A stretch of 62,266 nt of DNA, filler included, from Actinomycetota bacterium (GTDB lineage Bacteria; Actinomycetota; CADDZG01; JAHWKV01; JAOPZY01), in NCBI GenBank assembly GCA_025963875.1. It is 8 parts of 8 records of this genome, joined end to end, with 100 filler letters (N's around TTAATTAATTAA, not from the genome) between each part and the next. Parts side by side here need not be neighbours in the genome. Positions count along the whole stretch, not along the records: positions 35,485 to 40,439 come from JAOPZY010000050.1; positions 40,540 to 46,685 come from JAOPZY010000136.1; positions 46,786 to 51,561 come from JAOPZY010000087.1; 5 more parts are not named here. One strand, 5' to 3'. Positions 37,381 through 47,015 of the stretch are shown piece by piece; the first letter of the stretch is position 1; every line of letters begins with the position of its first letter. The notes beneath the pieces were generated by a model. The model did not search any database. It was not told the DNA's origin and saw only the letters and a list, made by a program, of their open reading frames with translations. A program made the position numbers and the translations under genes.

Positions 37381-38084
37381 CAGGCGCCGGCCATGGCGGC
37401 GGGCACAACCGTCTCGACCGACTGGCGCACTTCAGCTGGCTTTGCCCAGGGCGTGAGGAGGCGCTGGATGGTCAGGAGCACAACGTCGCTGAGCACCGCC
37501 AGCACGACCGAGAGGGCGGCGCCGGCGTAGGCGGGGGTGGGGAAATCCTGGCGGTACCCCTGCAGGATGAGCGCGCCCAGCCCGCCCTGGCCGATCAGGG
37601 CGGTCACGGTGACAAGGCCGATCGTCGTGACGGTAGCGATACGGACTCCCGCGATGATGACCGGGAGCGCGAGCGGGATCTCAACTCGCCAGAGGAGCTG
37701 GCGCTCGCCGTAGCCCATCCCCCGGGCCGCTTCCCGGACGTCGGACGGGACTCCCTCGAGGCCGGAGACGATGTTGCGGATCAGGATGAGCAGGGTGTAG
37801 CTCACGAGGCCGATCTCGGCGGTGGTCGTGCTGAGGCCCGTGTAGGGGACGAGCAGGGCGAACAGGGCGAGGCTCGGGATCGTGTAGAGAAGGCCGGCGA
37901 ACCCGCTCACGGGGCCGTAGATCCGGTGGTGCCGGTACGCCGCGATCCCGACGGGCAGCGAGATGGCCAGCCCGATCACCACGGCGATCACGGTCAGCTG
38001 GACGTGCTGGATCGCCAGATGACCGATCTCGGAGGTGTGGGTGCCCAGCCAGCTCCAGTCGACGAGCACGTCCGGCGGGGTCAT
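37380..38084 (-). CDS. Osmoprotectant ABC permease
   Basis: YTIPSLAL, EAARGMG, GGLG. Confidence 0.92.
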   Translation of the reverse strand: MTPPDVLVDWSWLGTHTSEIGHLAIQHVQLTVIAVVIGLAISLPVGIAAYRHHRIYGPVSGFAGLLYTIPSLALFALLVPYTGLSTTTAEIGLVSYTLLILIRNIVSGLEGVPSDVREAARGMGYGERQLLWRVEIPLALPVIIAGVRIATVTTIGLVTVTALIGQGGLGALILQGYRQDFPTPAYAGAALSVVLAVLSDVVLLTIQRLLTPWAKPAEVRQSVETVVPAAMAGA

Positions 38085-39178
38085 GAGGCGGCGGTCAACT
38101 CCTGGGCGACCCGCTCGAGGGTGAGCAGCCCGCAGTAGCGCCCATCGTCGACCACAGCGGCCACGTGGGTCTTGTTGATGACGATGGCGTCGAGGGCCTC
38201 ACGAAGCGAGCTGGTGGGGGACACGACTGCCGAGAAGGGCCGGGGATCCATGTCGCCCACGATGGCACGCCCGGACAGGCCCTTGGCGTCGACCCAGCCG
38301 AGCAGGTGCTCCCCATCGACGACGGCCGCCCAGTCGGTGCCGTGGGAGCGCATCACCTCCAGGGCGGCGGGGACCTCGGCCTCGGGGTTCACCAGGGGCC
38401 CGGCCTCCGTGTCGACGCTCTTCACCGCCATGAGGGCGAGGCGCTTCAAGCCCCGCTCGGCCCCGATGAAGTCGCCGACGAAGGGCGATGCAGGCGCCCG
38501 GAGGATCTCCTCAGGGGACGCGTACTGCTCCAGCACGCCACCCCGGTTGATGATCGCGATGCGGTCGCCGAGCTTCATCGCCTCGTCGATGTCGTGGGTG
38601 ACGAGGACGATGGTCTTGCGGATCTGGCTCTGGAGGTTGAGGAGCTGGTCCTGGAGCCGGGCCCGCACGATCGGGTCGACGGCACCGAACGGCTCGTCCA
38701 TGAGCAGCGCCGGGGGGTCGACGCCCAGGGCCCGGGCCACACCGACCCGCTGGCGCTGGCCCCCCGACAGCTCCGAGGGGTAGCGCTCAAGCAGCTCGGG
38801 GTCGAGCTCCAGCATCGCGGCGAGCTCGGCCACCCGGGCCCGGATGCGCTCGGCGGGCCAGCCGACGAGGTCGCACACCATGCCGATGTTCTGGGCAACG
38901 GTGCGGTGGGGCATGAGGCCGATGCTCTGGATGACGTAGCCCATGCGGCGGCGCAACTCGACCGGCTCGATGCTCATGACGTCGACACCGTCGACCTCGA
39001 TCGTGCCCGACGTCGGCTCGATGAGGCGGTTGATCATGCGCAGGATCGTGGTCTTGCCCGAGCCCGAAGGTCCGACGAGGACGACGGTCTCCCCCTCTGC
39101 GATCTCGAGCGAGAAGTCCCTGACCGCGTAGCCGCCCGAGCCGGGGAACTGCTTCGAGACGTTGCGAAGCGTGATCAT
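38081..39178 (-). CDS. Osmoprotectant ABC ATPase with CBS pair
   Basis: GPSGSGKT, MINRLIEPTSG, LSGGQRQR, MDEPFGAVDP. Confidence 0.94.
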   Translation of the reverse strand: MITLRNVSKQFPGSGGYAVRDFSLEIAEGETVVLVGPSGSGKTTILRMINRLIEPTSGTIEVDGVDVMSIEPVELRRRMGYVIQSIGLMPHRTVAQNIGMVCDLVGWPAERIRARVAELAAMLELDPELLERYPSELSGGQRQRVGVARALGVDPPALLMDEPFGAVDPIVRARLQDQLLNLQSQIRKTIVLVTHDIDEAMKLGDRIAIINRGGVLEQYASPEEILRAPASPFVGDFIGAERGLKRLALMAVKSVDTEAGPLVNPEAEVPAALEVMRSHGTDWAAVVDGEHLLGWVDAKGLSGRAIVGDMDPRPFSAVVSPTSSLREALDAIVINKTHVAAVVDDGRYCGLLTLERVAQELTAAS

Positions 39179-39273
39179 GGTCCGATAACAGTACCCGGCA
39201 AGTGCGCCGGAGCCCTTCCGAGGCCGCCCAGCCAATCCGGACGGTCGTCGCCTTGATCCTGTAGCCTCACCCA

Positions 39274-40439
39274 ATGCGGAGGTCGCTCCACCCTTCGATC
39301 ACGCTCTGGCTCGTGCTCGTGACTCTCGTCGCATCTGGCTGCTCGAGCGGGCGGGCGTTCCCCGGCGTCGTCGCCTCCCCCACCGACTCGCCGACCGTGC
39401 CCACGGCCACGGGGACGGTCACGGGCACGGCTCTGCCGGGCATGCCGCCGGTACTGGACCCGAAGGACATCTACGCCGCGGACCGCCCGAACGCCCTGAG
39501 CCCGGTCGTGAAGACCTTCCCCTCGCTCGTGTACGTCCCCAACTCGGACTCCAACAGCGTCGACATCATCGACCCGAAGACGATGAAGGTGGTCAACCAC
39601 TTTCCCGTGGGCCAGCAGCCCCAGCACATCGTGCCGTCCTGGGACCTGAAGACGTTGTACGCCACCGACGACCTGAGCAACGACCTCGTTCCGATCGACC
39701 CGGCGACCGGAAAACCTGGTGCCCGCATCCCGGTGGAGGATCCCTACAACCTCTACTTCACGCCCGACGGCCGCTACGCGATCGTGGTGGCCGAGCGCAT
39801 GCAGCGCCTGGACTTCCGCGATCCCCACACCATGGCGATCCGCAGCCCCCTCCGCGTCGACTGCAACGGCGTTGACCACATGGACTTCTCCGCCGACGGC
39901 ACCTACCTCATCGCGAGCTGCGAGTTCGCGGGCACGCTGATCAAGGTGGACGTCGCCACCCAGAAGGTGGTGGGGACGCTCGCCCTGCCCAAGCTGGGGA
40001 AGGTCCTCGGCAAGCCCCAGGATGTGAAGCTCTCGCCCGACGGGAAGATCTTCTACATCGCGGACATGAACGCCAACGGCGTCTACGAGGTGGACGGCAC
40101 CACGATGAAGGTCCTCAATTTCATCCCGACCGGCAAGAATGCCCATGGCCTGTACGTGAGCCGCGACTCGAAGCACCTGTATGTCTCGAACCGGGGGGAA
40201 GGATCGGTCTCGGTGATCGACTTCGCCACCCGCAAGGTGGCCACGACCTGGCACATCCCCGGCGGGGGCAGCCCCGACATGGGCGGCGTATCGACCGACG
40301 GAACGACCCTCTGGCTCGCCGGGCGGTACAACGCCGAGGTCTACGCCTTCAACACCGCGACGGGGCAGCTGGTCGGTAGGGTGAAGGTGGGCAAGGGGCC
40401 GCACGGCCTGTGCGTCTGGCCCCAGCCCGGCCGGTACTC
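39274..40439 (+). CDS. YVTN/YncE beta-propeller lipoprotein (truncated)
   Basis: Lipobox ASGC, YVPNSDSNSVDIID, YVSNRGEGSVSVID repeats. Confidence 0.88.
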
Positions 40440-40539
40440 NNNNNNNNNNNNNNNNNNNNNNNNNNNNNNNNNNNNNNNNNNNNTTAATTAATTAANNNNN
40501 NNNNNNNNNNNNNNNNNNNNNNNNNNNNNNNNNNNNNNN
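40440..40539. other. Artificial contig linker
   Basis: N44-TTAATTAATTAA-N44. Confidence 0.98.
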
Positions 40540-41766
40540 GACTACGAGTCGTTCCTCGTCCAGCGAGAGCTCGTCGCCGAACAGGCCGAGGCCGCCGAGC
40601 GCAACCGGGCCCGTCAGGCCGCCCAGGCGCAGGAGTTCATCGACCGCTTCCGGGCCAAGGCCACGAAGGCCCGCCAGGTCCAGAGCCGCATCAAGCAGGT
40701 GGAGAAGATGGGAGGCCCGGCCCCCAAGAAGAAAGTCCGCCGCACGATGGGGCTGTCGTTCCCGGTCCCCCCGAGGGCCGGGCGGGTCATCGTCGAGCTC
40801 AAGGATCTGAAGTTCGGCTACGGCGGCGCGGCCGTCCAGCCGATCTACGACGGTCTCGACCTGGCGTTGGAACGCGACCAGAAGGTGGCCCTGGTGGGCC
40901 CCAACGGCGCCGGCAAGACGACGCTGCTGAAGCTCCTGGCCGGCGTGCTGGAGCCCCAGGGCGGTGAGCGGGTCGTCGGCCACAACGCCCAGCTTGCCTA
41001 CTTCTCGCAGCACACCGACGAGACGCTCACCCTCACGAACCGCCTCCTCGACGAGGTGACGGCCGCGATACCGGCCGGGTCCCCGATCCGCCCGGGCGAC
41101 CTGCTGGGGCGCTTCCTGTTTTCCGGCGACGACATGAAGAAGCGGGTCGACGTCCTCTCCGGCGGCGAGCGGACCAGGCTGGCGATGGCCAAGCTCCTCG
41201 TCCGGCCGCTGAACGCGCTCTTCCTCGACGAGCCGACCAACCACCTGGACATCGCCAGCCGGGACATCCTCGAGGACGCCCTGACCGACTACCAGGGCGC
41301 CCTCGTCCTGATCACCCACGACCGGCACCTCATCCGGGAGGTCGCCAACCGCATCGTCGAGGTCCGCGACGGCAAGGTCACCGCGTATGAAGGCGACTAC
41401 GACTTCTACCTCTCCCGCCGGGGCGGCCCCGCGACGCAGTCGCCGAAGGCGAAGTCATCCCAAGGCTCCCAGGCCCAGAACGGCGCCGGCAACGCAGCGG
41501 AACGTCGCAAGGCCGGCGCCCAGGCGCGGGCGGCCGTGAAGGGCCTGCGGGACTCGCTGGGCCGCATCGAGCGGGATCTCGAAAAGGCGTCCGGCGAGAT
41601 GAACGAGATCTCGGAGCGGCTGGCCCACCCGGACGTCTACGGCTCCGGGGCCGATGTCGCCGCCCTCGTCGCCGACTACGAGGCCAAGACGAAGCGGGTG
41701 CGCCAGCTCGAGGCGAAGTGGGAGGAGGCGGCGGGGCTTCTCGAAGCGCAGGGCGCATCGGTATGA
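40540..41766 (+). CDS. ABC-F family ATPase (C-terminal half)
   Basis: Linker FIDRFRAKATKARQVQSRIK, GPNGAGKT, LSGGE, LDEPTNHLD, THDR, coiled-coil tail. Confidence 0.93.
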   Translation, partial: DYESFLVQRELVAEQAEAAERNRARQAAQAQEFIDRFRAKATKARQVQSRIKQVEKMGGPAPKKKVRRTMGLSFPVPPRAGRVIVELKDLKFGYGGAAVQPIYDGLDLALERDQKVALVGPNGAGKTTLLKLLAGVLEPQGGERVVGHNAQLAYFSQHTDETLTLTNRLLDEVTAAIPAGSPIRPGDLLGRFLFSGDDMKKRVDVLSGGERTRLAMAKLLVRPLNALFLDEPTNHLDIASRDILEDALTDYQGALVLITHDRHLIREVANRIVEVRDGKVTAYEGDYDFYLSRRGGPATQSPKAKSSQGSQAQNGAGNAAERRKAGAQARAAVKGLRDSLGRIERDLEKASGEMNEISERLAHPDVYGSGADVAALVADYEAKTKRVRQLEAKWEEAAGLLEAQGASV

Positions 41767-41773
41767 TCCGTCT

Positions 41774-42391
41774 GTGGGCGACTCCGACGAGACAGGCGAA
41801 ACATCCGGCGGCGAGGAAGAGGAACTCCTCGACGGCCTTGACGGCGACGAGGGCGACCTCGAGCTCCTCGACATCGAGGAAGTCCCGCTCTCCGGCGAGT
41901 TGGAGAGCGGGCTGGAAGCCTTCGTCCTGATCGAAGACTGGGAGCTGGCGACCTCCCGGGCGGAGACGCTCGACGTGATGGTCGACGGCTTGCGGGAGCT
42001 GGAGGACGACGCCGCGATCGAGGAGTGGGTCGCGCAGTACGGAGACCGCGACTTCCACCTCGCCCAGGAGCGGGACGGGCGGCTGGTGGTCTCGGACGTC
42101 TTCCCGGTGAGCGGCGTCGTCGGGTTCATCCCCCGCTCGATCGTCAGGATGCTCTCGACGGAGCTGCTGCTCCAGGACGAGGACGACCGGGAGGGATGGC
42201 TCGAGTCCCTGTCGGCCCTGAGCTCCGAATGGCTCGCCCTGCTCTCGGACGAGGAGAAGATGGTCGGCCACCTGATCCGGGCCCACGAGCTGCCGGTGAA
42301 CGAGACAACCGGGGACCTGGGGGACCTCGTCGGGCAGCACGCCACCCTGCACGCCGTGGGCGCCGACGACGAGGACGACGACGAGGGCTGA
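41774..42391 (+). CDS. Highly acidic hypothetical protein
   Basis: Coding-like codon bias; TATGAT 6 nt before the GTG suggests a leaderless start. Confidence 0.75.
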   Translation: MGDSDETGETSGGEEEELLDGLDGDEGDLELLDIEEVPLSGELESGLEAFVLIEDWELATSRAETLDVMVDGLRELEDDAAIEEWVAQYGDRDFHLAQERDGRLVVSDVFPVSGVVGFIPRSIVRMLSTELLLQDEDDREGWLESLSALSSEWLALLSDEEKMVGHLIRAHELPVNETTGDLGDLVGQHATLHAVGADDEDDDEG

Positions 42392-42418
42392 TCCGGAACC
42401 TGAGTCCTCGCTCGGACC

Positions 42419-42826
42419 CTACGGGGTTGGAACCGGGTTCGGAGTGTCACTCCCCCCGAGGTAGGACGTGAGGCTCGCAACAAACACCTTGCGCTGCTTG
42501 CGTTCTCTTATCAGCCCCAGCCACGAGCCGCCGATGCCCGACATGCCGGACATCATGCTGAGTCGCACGCCGCTGTCGCCGACCGAGATGCTTACGCGGT
42601 ATTTCCGCCGCTTGACCACGCCCCCGGCGATGGCGCGACCGGCCCTGCTGCCGGACCCGTAGACGCCCTGCGCGATCGTTCCCTTTTCGAGGTTGAGCCC
42701 GACGCCTGCGAGAAACTGCTCGGCAACCAGGGCGACGTCGTCGGTGGTGCAGTCCAGGAAATCGACCTCAGCGCCTTTCTCCGAGGGGCGGAACGAGCTG
42801 ACCTTGCCTGCGAAGGTTGTTTCCAC
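42419..42826 (-). CDS. Hypothetical protein
   Basis: 135-aa ORF with GGGAG SD. Confidence 0.6.
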   Translation of the reverse strand: METTFAGKVSSFRPSEKGAEVDFLDCTTDDVALVAEQFLAGVGLNLEKGTIAQGVYGSGSRAGRAIAGGVVKRRKYRVSISVGDSGVRLSMMSGMSGIGGSWLGLIRERKQRKVFVASLTSYLGGSDTPNPVPTP

Positions 42827-42968
42827 TCAACTCCCTGTCTGCTTGCTGTTGCGCGTCGAGGCGTCCGGTCGTCCGCTTCCGTGTCCATGGTGAGGGTGGA
42901 CGTGGGCGACGTCTATGGCGAGGAATGACCACTTCCTGCAGGCAGATGGTTCGGTACTGTTCCTGACG

Positions 42969-43382
42969 TCAGCCCTGGGTCGTGGCGTGCCTGGGGCGGA
43001 TCTTGACGACGACCCGTTCCTCATCAGCCTGGTTCAAGGGGTAGTCCTTGCCCATGTACTTGCGCGACATCTCGTCGATGAAGGCCTTGTCCGGGTCGTC
43101 CTCGATCTCGGCGATGCCCCGGATCTCCAGGTAGCGGTACGGGTCGTCGGGGTCGAGGATCGACGCCGACACCCGGGGGTTGCGAACGAGGTTCTTGTAT
43201 TTCTGCCGGGCCTTGGTGGTGCTGAACTTAAGGTGGGTGCCGTCCCACCCGTACCAGACGGGCGACAACTGCGGCCCGCCCTCCGGGCCGATGGTGGCGA
43301 TCTGGGCGAGACCTTTCTTTTCGAGGATGTCCCGGCGGTTCTCGGGGATGGGCGCTGCGTCGGTCTGGGCTTGAGCGGTCAT
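42969..43382 (-). CDS. PPOX-class F420-dependent oxidoreductase
   Basis: PQLSPVW, RQKYKNLVRNPRV, DPYRYLEIRG. Confidence 0.92.
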   Translation of the reverse strand: MTAQAQTDAAPIPENRRDILEKKGLAQIATIGPEGGPQLSPVWYGWDGTHLKFSTTKARQKYKNLVRNPRVSASILDPDDPYRYLEIRGIAEIEDDPDKAFIDEMSRKYMGKDYPLNQADEERVVVKIRPRHATTQG

Positions 43383-43572
43383 GAGCGGCCTCCTTGTGGG
43401 CGGGTTGTACCCGGTCGGTCGTGCCCCAATGCTACGTGGCCGCGTGGCTCTGAGCGACTTGTGAGCGAACGCCCAGCCCCCTGTGGGGGCGTCATGAGCC
43501 TCCTCGCAGTCTCAGATCCCACAGTGGCACTACGTCCGGAACCGTTCCGGAGAAGGATGAAGGGAGACCGGG

Positions 43573-43845
43573 ATGAACATGAAGCTCAAGGCGCTCGTGG
43601 GGTCGGCAATCGTCGGGTCGATGATCGCCGGCGGGGCCATCGGCAGCATGCTGTTCGGCAGCGCCGCGAGTGCCCAGACGAGCACCACCACGACGACGAC
43701 CCCGGCGGCCACCTCCACGCCGGCAGCGGGTACGGCCCCGGCGGCCGGCACCTTCAAGCCCAACGAGGACGCCACGCACGAGGCCGGCGAGAGCGCCGCA
43801 CGTGAGGCGCAGGAGAACGCCGGGCAGATGCCCACCGTTCCGTAG
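43573..43845 (+). CDS. Small secreted protein
   Basis: Signal peptide ending ASA, Thr/Ala linker, FKPNEDATHEAGESA. Confidence 0.75.
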   Translation: MNMKLKALVGSAIVGSMIAGGAIGSMLFGSAASAQTSTTTTTTPAATSTPAAGTAPAAGTFKPNEDATHEAGESAAREAQENAGQMPTVP

Positions 43846-43960
43846 AGCAGCGGCCGACGGCGGCACTTCGGGTGGGCCTCGGGGTCCCACCCGCTCCTGC
43901 CGCTGGGTAAGATTCGCCCTGATCTCGACTATCAAAGCGACAGTCCAAAGGAGGGGCGGC

Positions 43961-44866
43961 ATGCCACTGGGCTACGACAAGAAGATCTACATCATGGCCT
44001 TCGACCATCGCGGATCCTTCATCAAGCTCTTCGGCCTCTCCGGCACCCTGACTCCGGAGGACACCGCCCGGGTGGCCGGTGCCAAGATGCTCATCTTCGA
44101 GGGCCTGCAGCGGGCAGTCGCCGAGGGCGCACCCCGTGAGACCGCCGGTGTCCTGGTGGACGAGCAGTTCGGGGCCGAGGTCGCCCGGAAGGCCAAGGCC
44201 GAGGGCTACCCGCTCGCCATGCCCGTGGAGAAGAGCGGACAGGAGGAGTTCGACTTCGAGTACGGCGAGGACTTCGGCGAGCACATCGAGGACTTCGACC
44301 CGACCTTCTCCAAGGTGCTCGTCCGCTCCAACCCCGACTGGCCCTGGGAGGTCAACGAGCGTCAGTTCGCCCGCCTGAAGCTGCTGTCCGACTGGCTCCA
44401 CGAGCGGGGACGGCGCTTCCTCTACGAACTCCTCGTCCCGGCGACCCCCGAGCAGCTCGCGGGCGTCGGGGGCGACCCCGGACGCTACGACACCGAGGTC
44501 CGGCCCAAGCTGATGCTTCGCAGCATCGAGGAGGCCCAGGACTTCGGCATCGACCCGGACATCTGGAAGATCGAGGGCATCGACTCGTCGGAGACCTGCG
44601 CCGAGATCGCCGCCCTCGTCAAGCGCGACGGGAGGGACAGCGTCGGCTGCGTGGTCCTCGGCCGGGGGGCGGACGACGCTGCGGTCGAGGCGTGGCTCCG
44701 GGCCGGCGCCAAGGTCCCGGGCTACCTCGGCTTCGCCATCGGCCGCTCGATCTTCAACGACGCCGTGAAAGGCGTCGCCTCGGGGACGATGCCGCGGGAC
44801 GAGGCCACCGCCATCATCTCGAGGAAGTACCGGCACTTCATCGACGTCTACGAGGGCCGGGCCTAG
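43961..44866 (+). CDS. DUF2090 aldolase-like (IolC C-domain related) protein
   Basis: MAFDHRGSF, LVDEQFG, PDIWKIEG, VVLGRGA, GFAIGRSIF. Confidence 0.9.
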   Translation: MPLGYDKKIYIMAFDHRGSFIKLFGLSGTLTPEDTARVAGAKMLIFEGLQRAVAEGAPRETAGVLVDEQFGAEVARKAKAEGYPLAMPVEKSGQEEFDFEYGEDFGEHIEDFDPTFSKVLVRSNPDWPWEVNERQFARLKLLSDWLHERGRRFLYELLVPATPEQLAGVGGDPGRYDTEVRPKLMLRSIEEAQDFGIDPDIWKIEGIDSSETCAEIAALVKRDGRDSVGCVVLGRGADDAAVEAWLRAGAKVPGYLGFAIGRSIFNDAVKGVASGTMPRDEATAIISRKYRHFIDVYEGRA

Positions 44867-44912
44867 GAGCAACGCCCTTTACGTAGAGGTCGGACGGGCT
44901 GACGGTGAGGCC

Positions 44913-44960
44913 GAGGTTAGTCCGTGATCGCGCACATGCGCGCGAAAAGCGACTGACCTC
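44913..44960. repeat. 48-bp imperfect hairpin (family B)
   Basis: gaggttagtccgtgatcgcgca-catg-cgcgcgaaaagcgactgacctc, 16/22 paired. Confidence 0.6.
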
Positions 44961-44971
44961 CGAGAAGCCGC

Positions 44972-46036
44972 TCAGCCCTTGCGGGCCGAGAACACGAGGA
45001 GGTCCCCCAGGCCCCCGCGGGCGCTGAGGGCCGAAAGGCGGCTGCGCTCGGCGAGCAGCTGCACCATCCCGGCGTGGTCGCCGGCAAGCTCGGCCTCCTC
45101 CTGGCGGCGCCGAAGGTCGTCGGCGACCTGCCCCGCACCCAGCGCCTGCAGCCACTCCCGCTGGGTCCGGAGTGGCTCGGGCACCATCCCGGCGGCCGCC
45201 GCCGCCCGAGCCAGGGCCGAGAAGTTGACGTGGGCGGTGATGTCGGCCTCCCCGGGGTCGGCCAGGAGGTCCATGCCGAGGCCCTCGTCCCGGTAGGTCA
45301 CCAGGGACCCGGAGGGGCGCCGGCGCCAGAGGTCGGGCTCCTCGTCGCCGTAGTCGATGACCAACACCGTGCCCCGCCGCAGGGTTCCTGCGGCCCGGGT
45401 CACACAGTCCGCTGCCGCCGGGCTCACCTCGAAGCGGTCCCCGTCCTCCAGCTCGTCCAGTGCCGCCGCCACCAGGGGCCCCAGCGCAGGGTCGGACAGG
45501 GGAGCGGGGACCTCCACCAGACGCCCGTCTGCCACCCCGATGTGGATCTCGACGGCCTGCCCGCCCGCTTTCTCCAGGAGGTGCACCGGCTGGTTGTCCA
45601 GGACCTCGTTGGCGACGACGCATCCCACCACCGGCGGCTCGTCGCCCAGCGACCGCTGCCACGAGACCGCCGTCCCCCACGCCCCGAGGCGCTCCCGCTG
45701 GCGGGCGGCCACGTCGTCGAAGGGCTCGACGATCACCCAGCGGAGCGGCCCCTCGAAGGCCTCCAGGGCTTGCGCGGCAAGGTCTGCCCGCCCGGCTCCC
45801 GCCTCGACCACCGTGAAAGGGTCCGGTCTGCCCAGGTCCTCCCACACCGACGTTGCCCAGCGGGCGAACAGGCGGCCGAACCACTCGCTGAGCGACGGGG
45901 ACGTCCGGTACCCGGCCCCCGACCCCGGCACCCGCCGGGCATAGAAGCCCTCGGCGGGATCGTAGAGCGCCAGCCGCATGTAATCGGCGAAGGTGATCGG
46001 TCCGTCGCGATCGATGCGGTCGGTGACCGCCCTCAC
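44972..46036 (-). CDS. MidA/NDUFAF7-like SAM-dependent methyltransferase
   Basis: [48 protein letters not shown] overlap with upstream gene. Confidence 0.9.
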   Translation of the reverse strand: MRAVTDRIDRDGPITFADYMRLALYDPAEGFYARRVPGSGAGYRTSPSLSEWFGRLFARWATSVWEDLGRPDPFTVVEAGAGRADLAAQALEAFEGPLRWVIVEPFDDVAARQRERLGAWGTAVSWQRSLGDEPPVVGCVVANEVLDNQPVHLLEKAGGQAVEIHIGVADGRLVEVPAPLSDPALGPLVAAALDELEDGDRFEVSPAAADCVTRAAGTLRRGTVLVIDYGDEEPDLWRRRPSGSLVTYRDEGLGMDLLADPGEADITAHVNFSALARAAAAAGMVPEPLRTQREWLQALGAGQVADDLRRRQEEAELAGDHAGMVQLLAERSRLSALSARGGLGDLLVFSARKG

Positions 46037-46359
46037 CGGGGCCGGGGCTGCGGCGAGGAGCCCTGGGCAGCCCGGGCCGAGGCGATCTGCTCCTCGTACC
46101 ACCGCTTCTTGGCCGGGTAGGTGTGGATGTTGCGGATCGACGCCTCGGCCACCCGGATGACCTCGCGGTGCGCCTTGCGGCTCTGGTAGATCCAGATCAG
46201 CCGGTCGTAGGGGCCGGCGGCGTCGAAGGAAGCGGCGACCGCCCGCTCGTAGAGGTCGACCGCCTCGTCGGCCCGGCCGACCTGCTCCAGGTTCTGGCCA
46301 CGCAGGAAATCGCGCACGAGTTCGTCGGCGGGGACGCGCTCGCTCTCGGGGGTGCTCAC
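46033..46359 (-). CDS. Small TPR-like protein
   Basis: [21 protein letters not shown]...PYDRLIWIY. Confidence 0.75.
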   Translation of the reverse strand: MSTPESERVPADELVRDFLRGQNLEQVGRADEAVDLYERAVAASFDAAGPYDRLIWIYQSRKAHREVIRVAEASIRNIHTYPAKKRWYEEQIASARAAQGSSPQPRPR

Positions 46360-46416
46360 GCACGCGAAGATACCCTGGGACGGTGGTTGATATGGTCACG
46401 AGATATGGTCTCCGGC

Positions 46417-46685
46417 GTGAGCGATCCCGCAGCATCCCCCGAATCCGCCCCTTCACGGAGTGACCTCGAGGTCCTCCGGCACTCCACCGCGCACGTGATG
46501 GCGCAGGCCGTCCTGTCGCTGTGGCCCGAGGCGCGCTACGCCATCGGCCCGCCGATCGAGGACGGCTTCTACTACGACTTCGACATCGGCCGGCCCTTCC
46601 TGCCCGAGGACCTGGTGGCGATCGAGCGCAAGATGCGCGGGATCATCGCCCAGGACCAGCCGTTCGTCCGGGAGGAGGTGAAGCT
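46417..46685 (+). CDS. thrS: Threonyl-tRNA synthetase, N-terminal part (no TGS domain)
   Basis: [26 protein letters not shown]; start could be ATG 46405. Confidence 0.93.
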
Positions 46686-46785
46686 NNNNNNNNNNNNNNN
46701 NNNNNNNNNNNNNNNNNNNNNNNNNNNNNTTAATTAATTAANNNNNNNNNNNNNNNNNNNNNNNNNNNNNNNNNNNNNNNNNNNN
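46686..46785. other. Artificial contig linker
   Basis: N44-TTAATTAATTAA-N44. Confidence 0.98.
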
Positions 46786-46839
46786 CACGCTGAGTGGCGG
46801 CTTGTCCCGCCCTACGGTGTTCCCGCCAATACTGTGAGA

Positions 46840-46888
46840 ATTCTGTGGTTGTTTGACCGCGCTATACGCGGTGAAACAAACAAAGAAT
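46840..46888. repeat. 49-bp imperfect hairpin (family B)
   Basis: attctgtggttgtttgaccgcg-ctata-cgcggtgaaacaaacaaagaat, 19/22 paired. Confidence 0.75.
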
Positions 46889-47015
46889 GTGGAGGCGGGG
46901 CGGCAAACCGGACAGTTGGTCGGAAAGGCTCGGGCACGAACGGGCGGGCCGACCACGTTCGGTGAGCAGTACCGATATTCGACCCCGAGACTGGACGGAG
47001 CAGAGGTGCCCCCGC

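Noticed and set aside
44913..44960. Hairpin family as integron attC sites
   Set aside because: They lack RYYYAAC...GTTRRRY ends, are not arrayed with co-oriented cassettes, and no integrase is present.
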